Positions 33,016-41,121 of a stretch of 64,000 nt of DNA are shown piece after piece. The number at the start of each line of letters is the position of its first letter. Position 1 is the first letter of the stretch. A program made the translations under genes and the position numbers. Source of the DNA: Minisyncoccota bacterium (GTDB lineage Bacteria; Patescibacteriota; Minisyncoccia; Phycocordibacterales; Phycocordibacteraceae); assembly GCA_035531495.1 (NCBI GenBank), contig DATKSU010000017.1, positions 2,668 to 66,667 on the forward strand, written 5' to 3'. The notes beneath the pieces were generated by a model. That model was not told the origin of the DNA, did not search any database, and worked only from the letters and a program-made list of their open reading frames with translations.

Positions 33016-33539
33016 AGAAAGACCACGGTCAGGGAATGGATGAACGCTTCCTCTCAGCATACGAGAGTCATGCCGATAGCGTGTATCGCTTCGGGCTCTT
33101 GAAGCTATCGGATAAGGATGCCGCCCTCGACTTGGTCCAAGACGTCTTTATGCGGTACTGGGATGTTCTTCGCAAGGATGCGCGGGCGACGCACGAGCGC
33201 GCCTTTCTTTTTACGATCGCGCGGAATCTCGTCATCGATCGGTATCGCGCGAAACGCACGGTCTCGCTCGACCGCTTGCGCGAGGAAGACGGTTTCGAGC
33301 CGCCCGAAACGGGGCTCCCGGACCCGGAACGGGCCGCGGAAGGGAAGCGCGCCTTCGGGCTTATCGGGCGGCTGCCGGACGCGTACCGCGAGGCGCTCAT
33401 TCTACGCTACGTCGAGGGATTCGAGCCGCGCGACATCGCCGCGCTCCTCGGCGAATCGGCGGATGCCGTGACCGTGCGGCTCCACCGGGGCATCAAGAAG
33501 CTGCGCGAGCTCATGCATGAACGGAATACCCATGGATAA
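33012..33539 (+). CDS. ECF RNA polymerase sigma factor
   Basis: DLVQDVF, FLFTIARNLVIDRYR, LPDAYREALILRY, VTVRLHRG. Confidence 0.92.
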   Translation: MKKDHGQGMDERFLSAYESHADSVYRFGLLKLSDKDAALDLVQDVFMRYWDVLRKDARATHERAFLFTIARNLVIDRYRAKRTVSLDRLREEDGFEPPETGLPDPERAAEGKRAFGLIGRLPDAYREALILRYVEGFEPRDIAALLGESADAVTVRLHRGIKKLRELMHERNTHG

Positions 33540-34965
33540 CCACGACACATTTTCACAAGCAGATATCGACGCCTTCAAGGCGGCAGACGCCGTGCGCCTG
33601 CCGGACGGCGACCGCGTGCGTATCCGCGCGAACCTCGCTGCGTACGCGAAGGCGCATCCGCGCACGAGCATCGTGAGCCGCTTCTTCGGCGCGGGCGCGC
33701 CGAAGGCCGTGCCGTCGCCGTATCAGTCGTGGCTGCGCCGGCCGATGCCGGCTATCGCCGCCGTCCTCATACTCATCCTCATCGGCGGCGGCACTTCCTA
33801 TGCGGCCGAAGGCGCGCTGCCCGGCGACGCACTGTATCCCATCAAGGTGAACGTGAACGAGCCCATCCAAGAAGCGCTCGCGTTCACGCCGCAGAGCAAA
33901 GCGGCCGTCGCCGCGAACATCGCGGTCACGCGCCTCGACGAGGCCCAGCAGCTCGCCGCGGCCGGGAAGCTGAGCACGACCACGGCCGTGATGCTCGACG
34001 CGAATCTGCAGGCGCACGTCACGCAGGCGGACTCGGCGGCTGCCGCGCTCGCCAAGAGCGATCCTTTGGCGGCCGCAGAGACGCAGTCGTCGCTCGACGC
34101 GCGCCTGAACGCGCACCGCGACATCCTCCAGGCGGTGGCCGACAGCAACGACGAGAGCCGGGGCGCCGCGACCGGACTCCTCGCGTCGCTCACGGCGAAG
34201 CTCGACGCGAGCACGAGCACAGATCGGGCGGTGAATATGCAAGCGCTCGCACACGCGTCCGACCAGAGCTTCACCGCGCTCGAGGGGCGCGCGAAGAGTG
34301 CGCTCGGCGCAGCGAGCGCCGCCGTCACGAGCGCGAAGGCGACGACCTCCGTCGCGACGGCCACGTCGACGGCGGTCGCCGCGCCGGCGTTCTTCCTCTC
34401 CCGCGCCTCGACGACGCTCGCCAGCGCGCAATCGAGCTATGATGCCGGCGCATCCGCCCTCGCTGCAGGGGACCGCGCGGCCGCATACCTGGCGTTCATG
34501 CAATCGCTCGCCGCATCCGCGCAAGCGCAGACGTACGCCGACGCAGCGACGCGCGTCTCGGCTTCGGTGAGCATCCCGGCTGCCTTCTCTGCCGAGCACG
34601 GCGAGGGCGCGCGCGACGCGCGGTCGCCCTTCCCAGTCTTCCACGCGGCGTCTACGACCGAGTCCGTTCGCCGCCCGCCGGCATTCGAGTGGCGATCGGG
34701 CACGTTCTCGACGACGACTCCCGCGCAGTCGGGGGACGCGCAGAGCGGCACGGATAACCAGCCGGCCAATGACTGGAATCAGGGCGCCGACGTCTACCAG
34801 GGCGCCGCGCCCGCCGGATTCGGCGGCGCGGCCCAGGCATCGACGAGCTGGAACTTCGCTACATCGAGCATCCGCAGTTATGGGAATGACGACCAGAATT
34901 ACGGCTCGTACGCATCGACCACGTCGCGCTGGGGCTGGCACTCCGATTCCCGTTCGGATTACTGA
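33532..34965 (+). CDS. putative anti-sigma factor (DUF5667-like)
   Basis: Overlaps the sigma gene; single TM followed by YAAEGALPGDALYPIK. Confidence 0.75.
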   Translation: MDNHDTFSQADIDAFKAADAVRLPDGDRVRIRANLAAYAKAHPRTSIVSRFFGAGAPKAVPSPYQSWLRRPMPAIAAVLILILIGGGTSYAAEGALPGDALYPIKVNVNEPIQEALAFTPQSKAAVAANIAVTRLDEAQQLAAAGKLSTTTAVMLDANLQAHVTQADSAAAALAKSDPLAAAETQSSLDARLNAHRDILQAVADSNDESRGAATGLLASLTAKLDASTSTDRAVNMQALAHASDQSFTALEGRAKSALGAASAAVTSAKATTSVATATSTAVAAPAFFLSRASTTLASAQSSYDAGASALAAGDRAAAYLAFMQSLAASAQAQTYADAATRVSASVSIPAAFSAEHGEGARDARSPFPVFHAASTTESVRRPPAFEWRSGTFSTTTPAQSGDAQSGTDNQPANDWNQGADVYQGAAPAGFGGAAQASTSWNFATSSIRSYGNDDQNYGSYASTTSRWGWHSDSRSDY

Positions 34966-34976
34966 CATTGTCCCTA

Positions 34977-35005
34977 TTGCGCCGTTTCGCGGCATCGACT
35001 AGGAT
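34977..35005 (+). promoter_or_regulatory. promoter TTGCGC-N17-TAGGAT
   Basis: Same -35 and spacing as 2651 and 3390. Confidence 0.6.
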
Positions 35006-35053
35006 GCCGCACAGGCAGTACTCATCAATCAACGACGCGTGAAGGAGCAGCGA

Positions 35054-35458
35054 ATGCAAGCGCAAACAGCTAACCTGGAAAGCATCGCGAACAAGCTCGA
35101 GAACATTGCCAGGAGGGTGCGCGTCACCCATCCGCGAGATCTCGAAACCGAGAAGATGAAGTGGGCCGGAGAGATTCTCACCCTGGCGAGCATCATCAGG
35201 ACCATGTTCGCCGACATCGAGATTGCCGAGATGCTGCGGCGTACGGCCGAAGAGGGCGAGGCGTTCCGCGAGACGCTCGATGAGCTCGACGAAATCGCGA
35301 ATCAGATGGGCGCGCGATTCCCCGTCCCGCTGTTCTCGACGACGGTTCGGCAATGGGCTCAGTCGCTCAAAGGGTTCCTGCTTATCCTGCGCGGCATGAC
35401 CGGCATGACACGAAGTGCGGGCCGCTCGGCAGACGCACGCGCTGCCCGCGCCGACTGA
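35054..35458 (+). CDS. hypothetical helical protein (SD-led cassette)
   Basis: AAGGAG 6 nt before ATG; terminator at 35477-35506. Confidence 0.65.
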   Translation: MQAQTANLESIANKLENIARRVRVTHPRDLETEKMKWAGEILTLASIIRTMFADIEIAEMLRRTAEEGEAFRETLDELDEIANQMGARFPVPLFSTTVRQWAQSLKGFLLILRGMTGMTRSAGRSADARAARAD

Positions 35459-35476
35459 ACAGCAGTCGCATCCGAC

Positions 35477-35506
35477 CCGGCCGAGCTCCGCTCGGCCGGC
35501 TTTTTT
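35477..35506 (+). terminator. intrinsic terminator
   Basis: CCGGCCGAGC-tcc-GCTCGGCCGG followed by CTTTTTT. Confidence 0.85.
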
Positions 35507-35519
35507 GTTGAAAAACCTC

Positions 35520-35548
35520 TTGCGGTCTCCCGGCATCGGTCGTATGGT
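35520..35548 (+). promoter_or_regulatory. promoter TTGCGG-N17-TATGGT
   Basis: 17-nt spacer that shares CGGCATCG with the 34977 promoter. Confidence 0.6.
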
Positions 35549-35593
35549 TCGGGCAGTCGTACTTTTCTTTCCACGCATTCTGTCGGAGGGAAC

Positions 35594-35998
35594 ATGCTGC
35601 ACAAATCCACATGCACTGAAATCAAGTCGGCGGTCGAACGGGTTGAAGAGATTGCCAGCGAGATGCGGAAGGCATCGCGCGTCGAATGGCCGGCGCGCCG
35701 GGCGATGGGTTGGAAGCGGCGTCTCGAGACCGAGTGCGGAATCATCGGCTCGGCCATCATGCAAGCGAAAATCAGCCCGAGTGAGGTGCGCGGCGTCGTC
35801 CTCCTCAAGGATGTTGCGGGGTACATGGGGCAAGAGATCGGCGCTCAAGAGACACATCTCGAACCCCTCTTTCCGCAATGGGCAGGGAGGATCGAAGAAG
35901 CGGCGAAGGTCATCTGCCGCGCCATCATGCCGGGGCCGAAGACGATGCGGACTCTGGGAAAGAGCTCGAAGGAGCAGGCCGCCATTTCGGCGGAATGA
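35594..35998 (+). CDS. hypothetical protein (SD-led cassette)
   Basis: GGAGG 4 nt before ATG; terminator hairpin at 36009-36040. Confidence 0.65.
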   Translation: MLHKSTCTEIKSAVERVEEIASEMRKASRVEWPARRAMGWKRRLETECGIIGSAIMQAKISPSEVRGVVLLKDVAGYMGQEIGAQETHLEPLFPQWAGRIEEAAKVICRAIMPGPKTMRTLGKSSKEQAAISAE

Positions 35999-36057
35999 TG
36001 CCTTACGACGGCGGCACCTACAGGTGCCGCCGCTTCTTTTGCTATACTTCACGGACT

Positions 36058-37152
36058 ATGGCGAATCAGTCGCTCTACCGGACGCACCGGCCGGCCTCGT
36101 TCAAGGAAGTCATCGGCCAGGAGCAGGTGACGGGACCCCTCGCGGAGCAGGTGAAGACGAAGAAAGTCGGCCACGCCTACCTCTTCGCCGGGAGCCGCGG
36201 CCTCGGCAAGACCTCCGTTGCGCGTATTCTCGCGAAGGATATCGGCTGCACCGAGAAGGACCTCTACGAAGTCGACGCCGCGTCGAACAACAGCGTCGAG
36301 GACATCCGTGCGCTCACCGAGGGCGTTTACACGCTTCCGTTCGAATCGCCGTACAAGGTCTACATCCTCGACGAGGTGCACATGCTCTCGAAGTCGGCGT
36401 GGAACGCGTTCCTCAAGACGCTCGAGGAGCCGCCCGCTTACGCGGTCTTCATTCTCGCGACCACCGAGCTCGACAAGGTTCCGGAGACCGTGCAATCGCG
36501 CTGCCAGGTCTTCGAGTTCAAGAAGCCGACGCGCAAAGCGCTCGCAAAAATGGTGGCGGCGGTCGCGATGAAAGAAGGGTACGAGCTCGCGTCGGACGCG
36601 GCCGAACTCATCGCGATGCTCGCGGAGGGCTCGTACCGCGACGGATTATCCATCCTTCAAAAGGTATTACCATCACCCGGAAGAGACACGGCGAAAAACC
36701 TCAAAATTAATGTTAGCGACCAAATTAATGTTGGCGACAAAGTGGAAATCTCCAGAGAAAAAATTGAAGCGACGACCGGCGCGCCGAAGCGCGAGCTGGT
36801 GCATGCGCTCATCGCCGCACTCGCCGCGGGCGACCGCGGCAAGGCGCTCGCGGCGATAGCGCAGGCGGCGAAAGCGGACGTCGACATGCAGCTCTTTCTC
36901 GAACTTACGCTCGAAGCGCTTCGCGCCACGCTCCTCATCCGCATGGCGCCGGACCTGCGCGCAACGCTGGAGGACGAGCTCGGCGCGGACGAATTCGCCG
37001 CGCTCGAAGCGTTCGCGAAGGGAAAGGGGATTACTCCCGACACGCTCCTCGCGTTCCTGAATGCTTCCGAGCGCATCCGCTACGCGCCGATTCCCGCGCT
37101 CCCCTTGGAACTCGCCGTCTTCGAACTCTTTCCTGGTGAAGCCGAAAAGTAG
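36058..37152 (+). CDS. dnaX: DNA polymerase III gamma/tau (short form)
   Basis: LYRTHRP, HAYLFAGSRGLGKT, EVDAASN, ILDEVHML, LKTLEEPP, SRC. Confidence 0.95.
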   Translation: MANQSLYRTHRPASFKEVIGQEQVTGPLAEQVKTKKVGHAYLFAGSRGLGKTSVARILAKDIGCTEKDLYEVDAASNNSVEDIRALTEGVYTLPFESPYKVYILDEVHMLSKSAWNAFLKTLEEPPAYAVFILATTELDKVPETVQSRCQVFEFKKPTRKALAKMVAAVAMKEGYELASDAAELIAMLAEGSYRDGLSILQKVLPSPGRDTAKNLKINVSDQINVGDKVEISREKIEATTGAPKRELVHALIAALAAGDRGKALAAIAQAAKADVDMQLFLELTLEALRATLLIRMAPDLRATLEDELGADEFAALEAFAKGKGITPDTLLAFLNASERIRYAPIPALPLELAVFELFPGEAEK

Positions 37153-37168
37153 TGTAGAGTGCGACCAT

Positions 37169-37239
37169 TGGGGGATCGTCTAATGGTAGGACAGCGGCCT
37201 TTGGAGCCGTGAATCTAGGTCCGACTCCTAGTCCCCCAG
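37169..37239 (+). tRNA. tRNA-Gln(TTG)
   Basis: TGGGGGATCGTCTAATGGTAGGAC-GCGGC CT TTG GA GCCGT; the T loop reads TCCGACT. Confidence 0.9.
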
Positions 37240-37372
37240 CAAAGGGCATTTCACTCACTCGCTTGGCTGCAGGACAGCGGCGATACCGTTACCTCCCGCG
37301 CATGCGAGTATGAACCCGTGCTCAAGACCGGGGTATTGCGTTTTTTAAGCAATGTGATATATTTGTTTTTAC

Positions 37373-37696
37373 GTGACCTACGCAAAGAAGCCGGGCGGAT
37401 ACGCCCGCAAGAGCTTTGGTTCTCGCCAGAGCTACACCAAGCGAGACGCCTATGGCGAGCAGCATCGCTTCCAAGCTGTCTGCAACGAATGCCAGAAGGC
37501 CTGCGAGGTGCCGTTCCGTCCCAACGGGAAGAAGCCGGTCTACTGCCGCGATTGCTTCAGGGGGAAGGAAGAGAGTCCGTCATACGGCGCGCGCGCATCC
37601 CGCAAAGGAGCTCCGCCCCAAGGTTCTGATTTCGCCACGCGTCTCGACGCCATCGAAGCGAAACTCGACCGCATTCTCAAGTCACTAGGCAAGTAA
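37373..37696 (+). CDS. CxxC-x17-CxxC zinc-ribbon protein
   Basis: AVCNECQKACEVPFRPNGKKPVYCRDCF; C-terminal LDAIEAKLDRIL. Confidence 0.88.
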   Translation: MTYAKKPGGYARKSFGSRQSYTKRDAYGEQHRFQAVCNECQKACEVPFRPNGKKPVYCRDCFRGKEESPSYGARASRKGAPPQGSDFATRLDAIEAKLDRILKSLGK

Positions 37697-37780
37697 TTAA
37701 GCTCAAACAAGAGAGAAAGCGCCCGGCTTCGGCCGGGCCTTTCTATTTCGGGTGCTACACTGCCCGCATACGGCTTCGCT

Positions 37781-38020
37781 ATGCCTCGCGCACTGACCCT
37801 CGCGCTCTTCCTCGGCGCGTTCGCAGCATTCCTCTACCTCGCTAACCTCGTCGTCTTCGTCGCGCTCGCGACGATGTTCGGCATCCGGTCTGCGCCCGAG
37901 CTCACGGCGCTCGACGTGAGCCTCATCGCCCTGCCCGCGAGCTTCATCGCGGCCTCGATTCTCGGCAGCTACCACTACAACTGGTTCACGCGCTCGTTCT
38001 ATCGGGCCTCGGCGGTGTCG
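37781..38020 (+). pseudogene. N-terminal membrane fragment of a truncated gene (possibly a membrane metallophosphoesterase)
   Basis: About 80 codons of hydrophobic, host-like coding sequence, then the frame runs antisense through the 38048-38215 gene. Confidence 0.45.
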
Positions 38021-38047
38021 TATTCTCTTTCGAGGCGGCTGCGAACG

Positions 38048-38215
38048 TTATGTAAGAAATCGCAAATAGAATGCGGCGAATACGAGGACGATGCCGACGT
38101 TCGTCATGAGCCGTGGCCAGAAGTGGCTCGCACTCCTGAAGAACAGCAGATCGACGCTGACGATGAGGACTATCATCGCCGCGATGCAGAGCACGAGGAG
38201 CGTGGTCCGTGTCAT
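38048..38215 (-). CDS. small two-TM membrane protein
   Basis: MTRTTLLVLCIAAMIVLIVSVDLLFFR...RLMTNVGIVLVFAAFYLRF; TATACT 8 nt before ATG. Confidence 0.7.
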   Translation of the reverse strand: MTRTTLLVLCIAAMIVLIVSVDLLFFRSASHFWPRLMTNVGIVLVFAAFYLRFLT

Positions 38216-38356
38216 ATCCGGCAGTATATCGCTCCGAGAGTCGAGCGTATTGGTCCGACCAAAGCGAGGCGTTCTGGCCAAGAATTGGCGCAGGTATATA
38301 CTCTAGCCAGATGCTTGCGACAATCCCGTCGCACAACCATGTTCCGGAGGTGAGCC

Positions 38357-38728
38357 ATGGCCGGCAGTCCCGAAGGCAGCGCGCCGCATTCAGATTTTTT
38401 CGAGCATTGGTCGAAACTCGCAACCGCGGATCCGGAGCGGTTCGAACGCGAGCGGAGGAAAGCGATCGAGGAGATCATCGCACGCGCTCCCGAAGAACAG
38501 AGTGAGCGGCTCTGGCGTCTGCAGTGGCGCATCGACATGGAACGAGCCCGCGCGAGCAATCCGCTGTCCGCGTGCATCCGGTTGAATCGGATGATGCTCG
38601 ACCACTTCTACGGGCCGAACGGGCTAGTCGACGCGCTCAATGGCCTGGCCGACAGCATGAGGGCGCTGGCGCCACCCGAGACGAAAGCACCCGGGGAAGT
38701 CTTACAACTCGTACCGCCGCAGAGGTAA
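38357..38728 (+). CDS. DUF3135-like protein (SD-led cassette)
   Basis: LATADPERFERERRKAIEEII...LQWRIDMER..NPLSACIRL; GGAGGTGA SD; hairpin at 38733-38759. Confidence 0.75.
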   Translation: MAGSPEGSAPHSDFFEHWSKLATADPERFERERRKAIEEIIARAPEEQSERLWRLQWRIDMERARASNPLSACIRLNRMMLDHFYGPNGLVDALNGLADSMRALAPPETKAPGEVLQLVPPQR

Positions 38729-38842
38729 TGCACAAGCCCGGCCGTTGCGGCCGGGCTTGAATCATTCGCGGCGGTACTGCCGGGAATCGGTAGCGACTCG
38801 TCTAAGATGGGTTCGCTGGGAGCGTTTGATAGAATTTGCGTA

Positions 38843-39066
38843 TGGGCCAGGAGGCCGTCACGGAAGCCAAGCCGCATGCCGATGGGGGAACAGCCCAAAC
38901 CTGTGACGGAAACGTGCAATTCATCTTTCCAGAACTAGCAGATGCAGTTGTCGCCTTAAGGGACGAATCCAACCACCTAAAGCCGAAGTAAGGCAGTAAT
39001 ATAGTCCCAGCCCGAGACGGCCAGCTCGTCTTTCTGATGGATTTGTAGTAATGTCCTCCCGGACCA
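38843..39066 (+). ncRNA. candidate structured non-coding RNA (family unassigned)
   Basis: Extended -10 TGaTAGAAT just upstream; 5' TGGGCCAGGAGG pairs with 3' CCTCCCGGACCA; several internal hairpins; no convincing ORF. Confidence 0.5.
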
Positions 39067-39089
39067 ATCAAATCAATGGAGGATGTTCA

Positions 39090-39554
39090 ATGCGGTTCTA
39101 TAGTCTTTGGATGCGGGATCCTATCCCGCCAGCCGATATGGAAATGTTCAGGCGGATTACTGAGGTAGTACAGGAATTGCCTGATCATCTTTTCGACCTG
39201 GGGGACAGGTGCGCAGCGGAGTGCGTTAACCGCTATTCCTGCCATCTCATTTGCCGCGGCATCGAAGCGCACGTCAAGGGAGTGTACGCGAAGGACGGCT
39301 ATTTCCATCGGCGCCATCAACACAGCTGGCTTGTCTCGAGAAGCGGTCGGAGCATCATCGATGCATATCCGGTTGCTGCTGCGGCTCCGTTTATCGTCTC
39401 GAGCGATCGGGCGTCCCCGTGGGCTGAGCTGTACAGAATCGATACGGTATACAGCGGAATGTTCTACACGGATATTTTCCGCGCGAATGTTGCCACGACG
39501 ATACACCTCATCGGTGAGACTATCGAGCGTCTCGCTCGCAGCCGTCCCTCCTAG
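39090..39554 (+). CDS. hypothetical protein with C..H(SW)..D, possibly a papain/transglutaminase-like triad (SD-led)
   Basis: SCHLICR...GYF..HQHSWL...IIDAYP; GGAGG 7 nt before ATG. Confidence 0.65.
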   Translation: MRFYSLWMRDPIPPADMEMFRRITEVVQELPDHLFDLGDRCAAECVNRYSCHLICRGIEAHVKGVYAKDGYFHRRHQHSWLVSRSGRSIIDAYPVAAAAPFIVSSDRASPWAELYRIDTVYSGMFYTDIFRANVATTIHLIGETIERLARSRPS

Positions 39555-39675
39555 GGTGCGGCTGTTTCCTTTTATCAAAAATGTTCCGACGCCGTCCCGG
39601 ACGGCCAACCGTGACTTTTTTGCGACCGTATCGTAATCTCCCCGCAGACCGCACCGCTCACCTTAGGGGATTCGA

Positions 39676-39717
39676 ATGACCAATGAATATCCCGTCTTGG
39701 GGGATATCCCGTTTTGA
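39676..39717 (+). CDS. putative 13-aa peptide MTNEYPVLGDIPF (SSB-tail-like)
   Basis: AGGGG SD 6 nt upstream; GTGACT-N17-TAATCT promoter; terminator begins 4 nt after the stop. Confidence 0.45.
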   Translation: MTNEYPVLGDIPF

Positions 39718-39720
39718 ACT

Positions 39721-39753
39721 GGGCTGGCGTTCATTCGCCAGCCCTTCTCTTTT
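39721..39753 (+). terminator. intrinsic terminator
   Basis: GGGCTGGCG-ttcatt-CGCCAGCCC followed by TTCTCTTTT. Confidence 0.8.
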
Positions 39754-39821
39754 GTCATGGGTCCCGACAGCGTCCGGGGCGGCTCGTGGAGAACATTCGC
39801 CGAACCTCTTGGTAAGATAGG

Positions 39822-41078
39822 GTGATGAGGAAGCTTTTCCCGCTCTTCGGCATCGCGGTCGCTCTTGCCGCCGTCCTCGCTTATGCCGCAACCCAAGACC
39901 TCTCGGTCGCCCGTGCGGCGACGACGGCCACGAGCTCGCTCCAGGCGCAGATTAACGCGCATGACGCGCAGATAGCGGCGCTCAATCAGCAGATTGCTAC
40001 GTACGAAGCCGAGCTCAAGCAAGTCGGCGCGGACAAGGCGACGCTCCAGGCCGCCATCAACTCGCTCAACCTAGAGCGGCAGAAAGTCGAGGCGCAGATA
40101 GCCGTCACGCAGCATCAGATAAACATCACCCAGCTGCAGATACAGCAGATCGGGTCGAACATATCGGACATCGAGCAACAGGTCCAGGCGAACCAGGTGG
40201 CGCTCGCCGAGAATATCCGCAGCTTGCAGGAAGCAGATGCGCAGCCGCTCGTATTCCAGATCTTCTCATCGGATGACCTCGCGTCGGCATGGACCGATGC
40301 CGACGCGGTCCTGCAGGTCCAGAGCGCCATCCAAGACAAGGTGAGCGCGCTCCAGGAGCAGGAGCGCGCGCTCGCGGACCAGCAAACCGCCTCGCAACAG
40401 AAAAAGAGCACCCTCCTCTCGCAGCGCGCCTCGCTCTCGTCGCAGCAGACGACGCTCACGCAGACGAAGCAGACGAAAGCGCAGCTCCTCGCGCAGACCA
40501 ATGCGAAGGAATCGACATACCAGCAGCTCCTCGCGCGCGCGAAGGCCGAGCTCGCGAGCTTCTCCGCCTTCACGACGAATGCCGGCGGCTCGGGTCTCCT
40601 CGCGAATCAGACGAGCTGCGATTCCTGGGGCTGCTATTACAACCAGCGCGACACCGCGTGGGGGAACGATCCCCTGGACGGCACTCAGTACCTCCTGAAG
40701 AGCGATGGCTGCCTCGTCACCGCGATGGCGATGGTGATGACGCACTATGGCTATCGCGACGTGACGCCGGTGAGCATCAACGCGAACCCCGCGAACTTCG
40801 CCGCGTACTATCCGGCGTACCTCCTCTACACCATCAACGTCGATGGCGTTTCGGCGACGCGCAAGTCGGCGTACATCGATGCCACGCTCGCGACCGGCAA
40901 TCCCGTCATCATCGGCCTCCACGCCTACGGCGGCACGCACTACGTCGTCCTCGTGAGCGGGAGCAGGGGCCGGTACGTCATGCGCGATCCCTACATCCCG
41001 AACGGCAAGGACGTCAGCTTCTCCGCGCATTACACGATGGGCGAGATATTCGGCGTGAACAAAGTCATCGTCGGCTAG
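39822..41078 (+). CDS. secreted coiled-coil protein with a C-terminal C39-like peptidase
   Basis: Signal peptide, PcsB/EnvC-like coil, YYNQRD..W, GCLVTAMAM, THYVVL, MRDP. Confidence 0.85.
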   Translation: MMRKLFPLFGIAVALAAVLAYAATQDLSVARAATTATSSLQAQINAHDAQIAALNQQIATYEAELKQVGADKATLQAAINSLNLERQKVEAQIAVTQHQINITQLQIQQIGSNISDIEQQVQANQVALAENIRSLQEADAQPLVFQIFSSDDLASAWTDADAVLQVQSAIQDKVSALQEQERALADQQTASQQKKSTLLSQRASLSSQQTTLTQTKQTKAQLLAQTNAKESTYQQLLARAKAELASFSAFTTNAGGSGLLANQTSCDSWGCYYNQRDTAWGNDPLDGTQYLLKSDGCLVTAMAMVMTHYGYRDVTPVSINANPANFAAYYPAYLLYTINVDGVSATRKSAYIDATLATGNPVIIGLHAYGGTHYVVLVSGSRGRYVMRDPYIPNGKDVSFSAHYTMGEIFGVNKVIVG

Positions 41079-41121
41079 GTGTATACTGATTGTCATTATC
41101 CGTCAGCAGCTCGCGCATTGT

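Noticed and set aside
36753-36766. A6 run in dnaX as a possible programmed frameshift site
   Set aside because: The codons are GAA AAA ATT, not A AAA AAG; no stimulatory hairpin is evident, and the gene is already gamma-sized.
37240-37340. Minus-strand GGAGGT near 37291-37296 as another SD cassette
   Set aside because: No start codon at a usable distance downstream.
38843-39066. tmRNA or group I intron call for the structured RNA
   Set aside because: GCATGCCGA and ATATAGTCC are suggestive, but there is no T arm, no Ala-ended tag frame, no AGACTA partner for P7 and no interrupted host gene.
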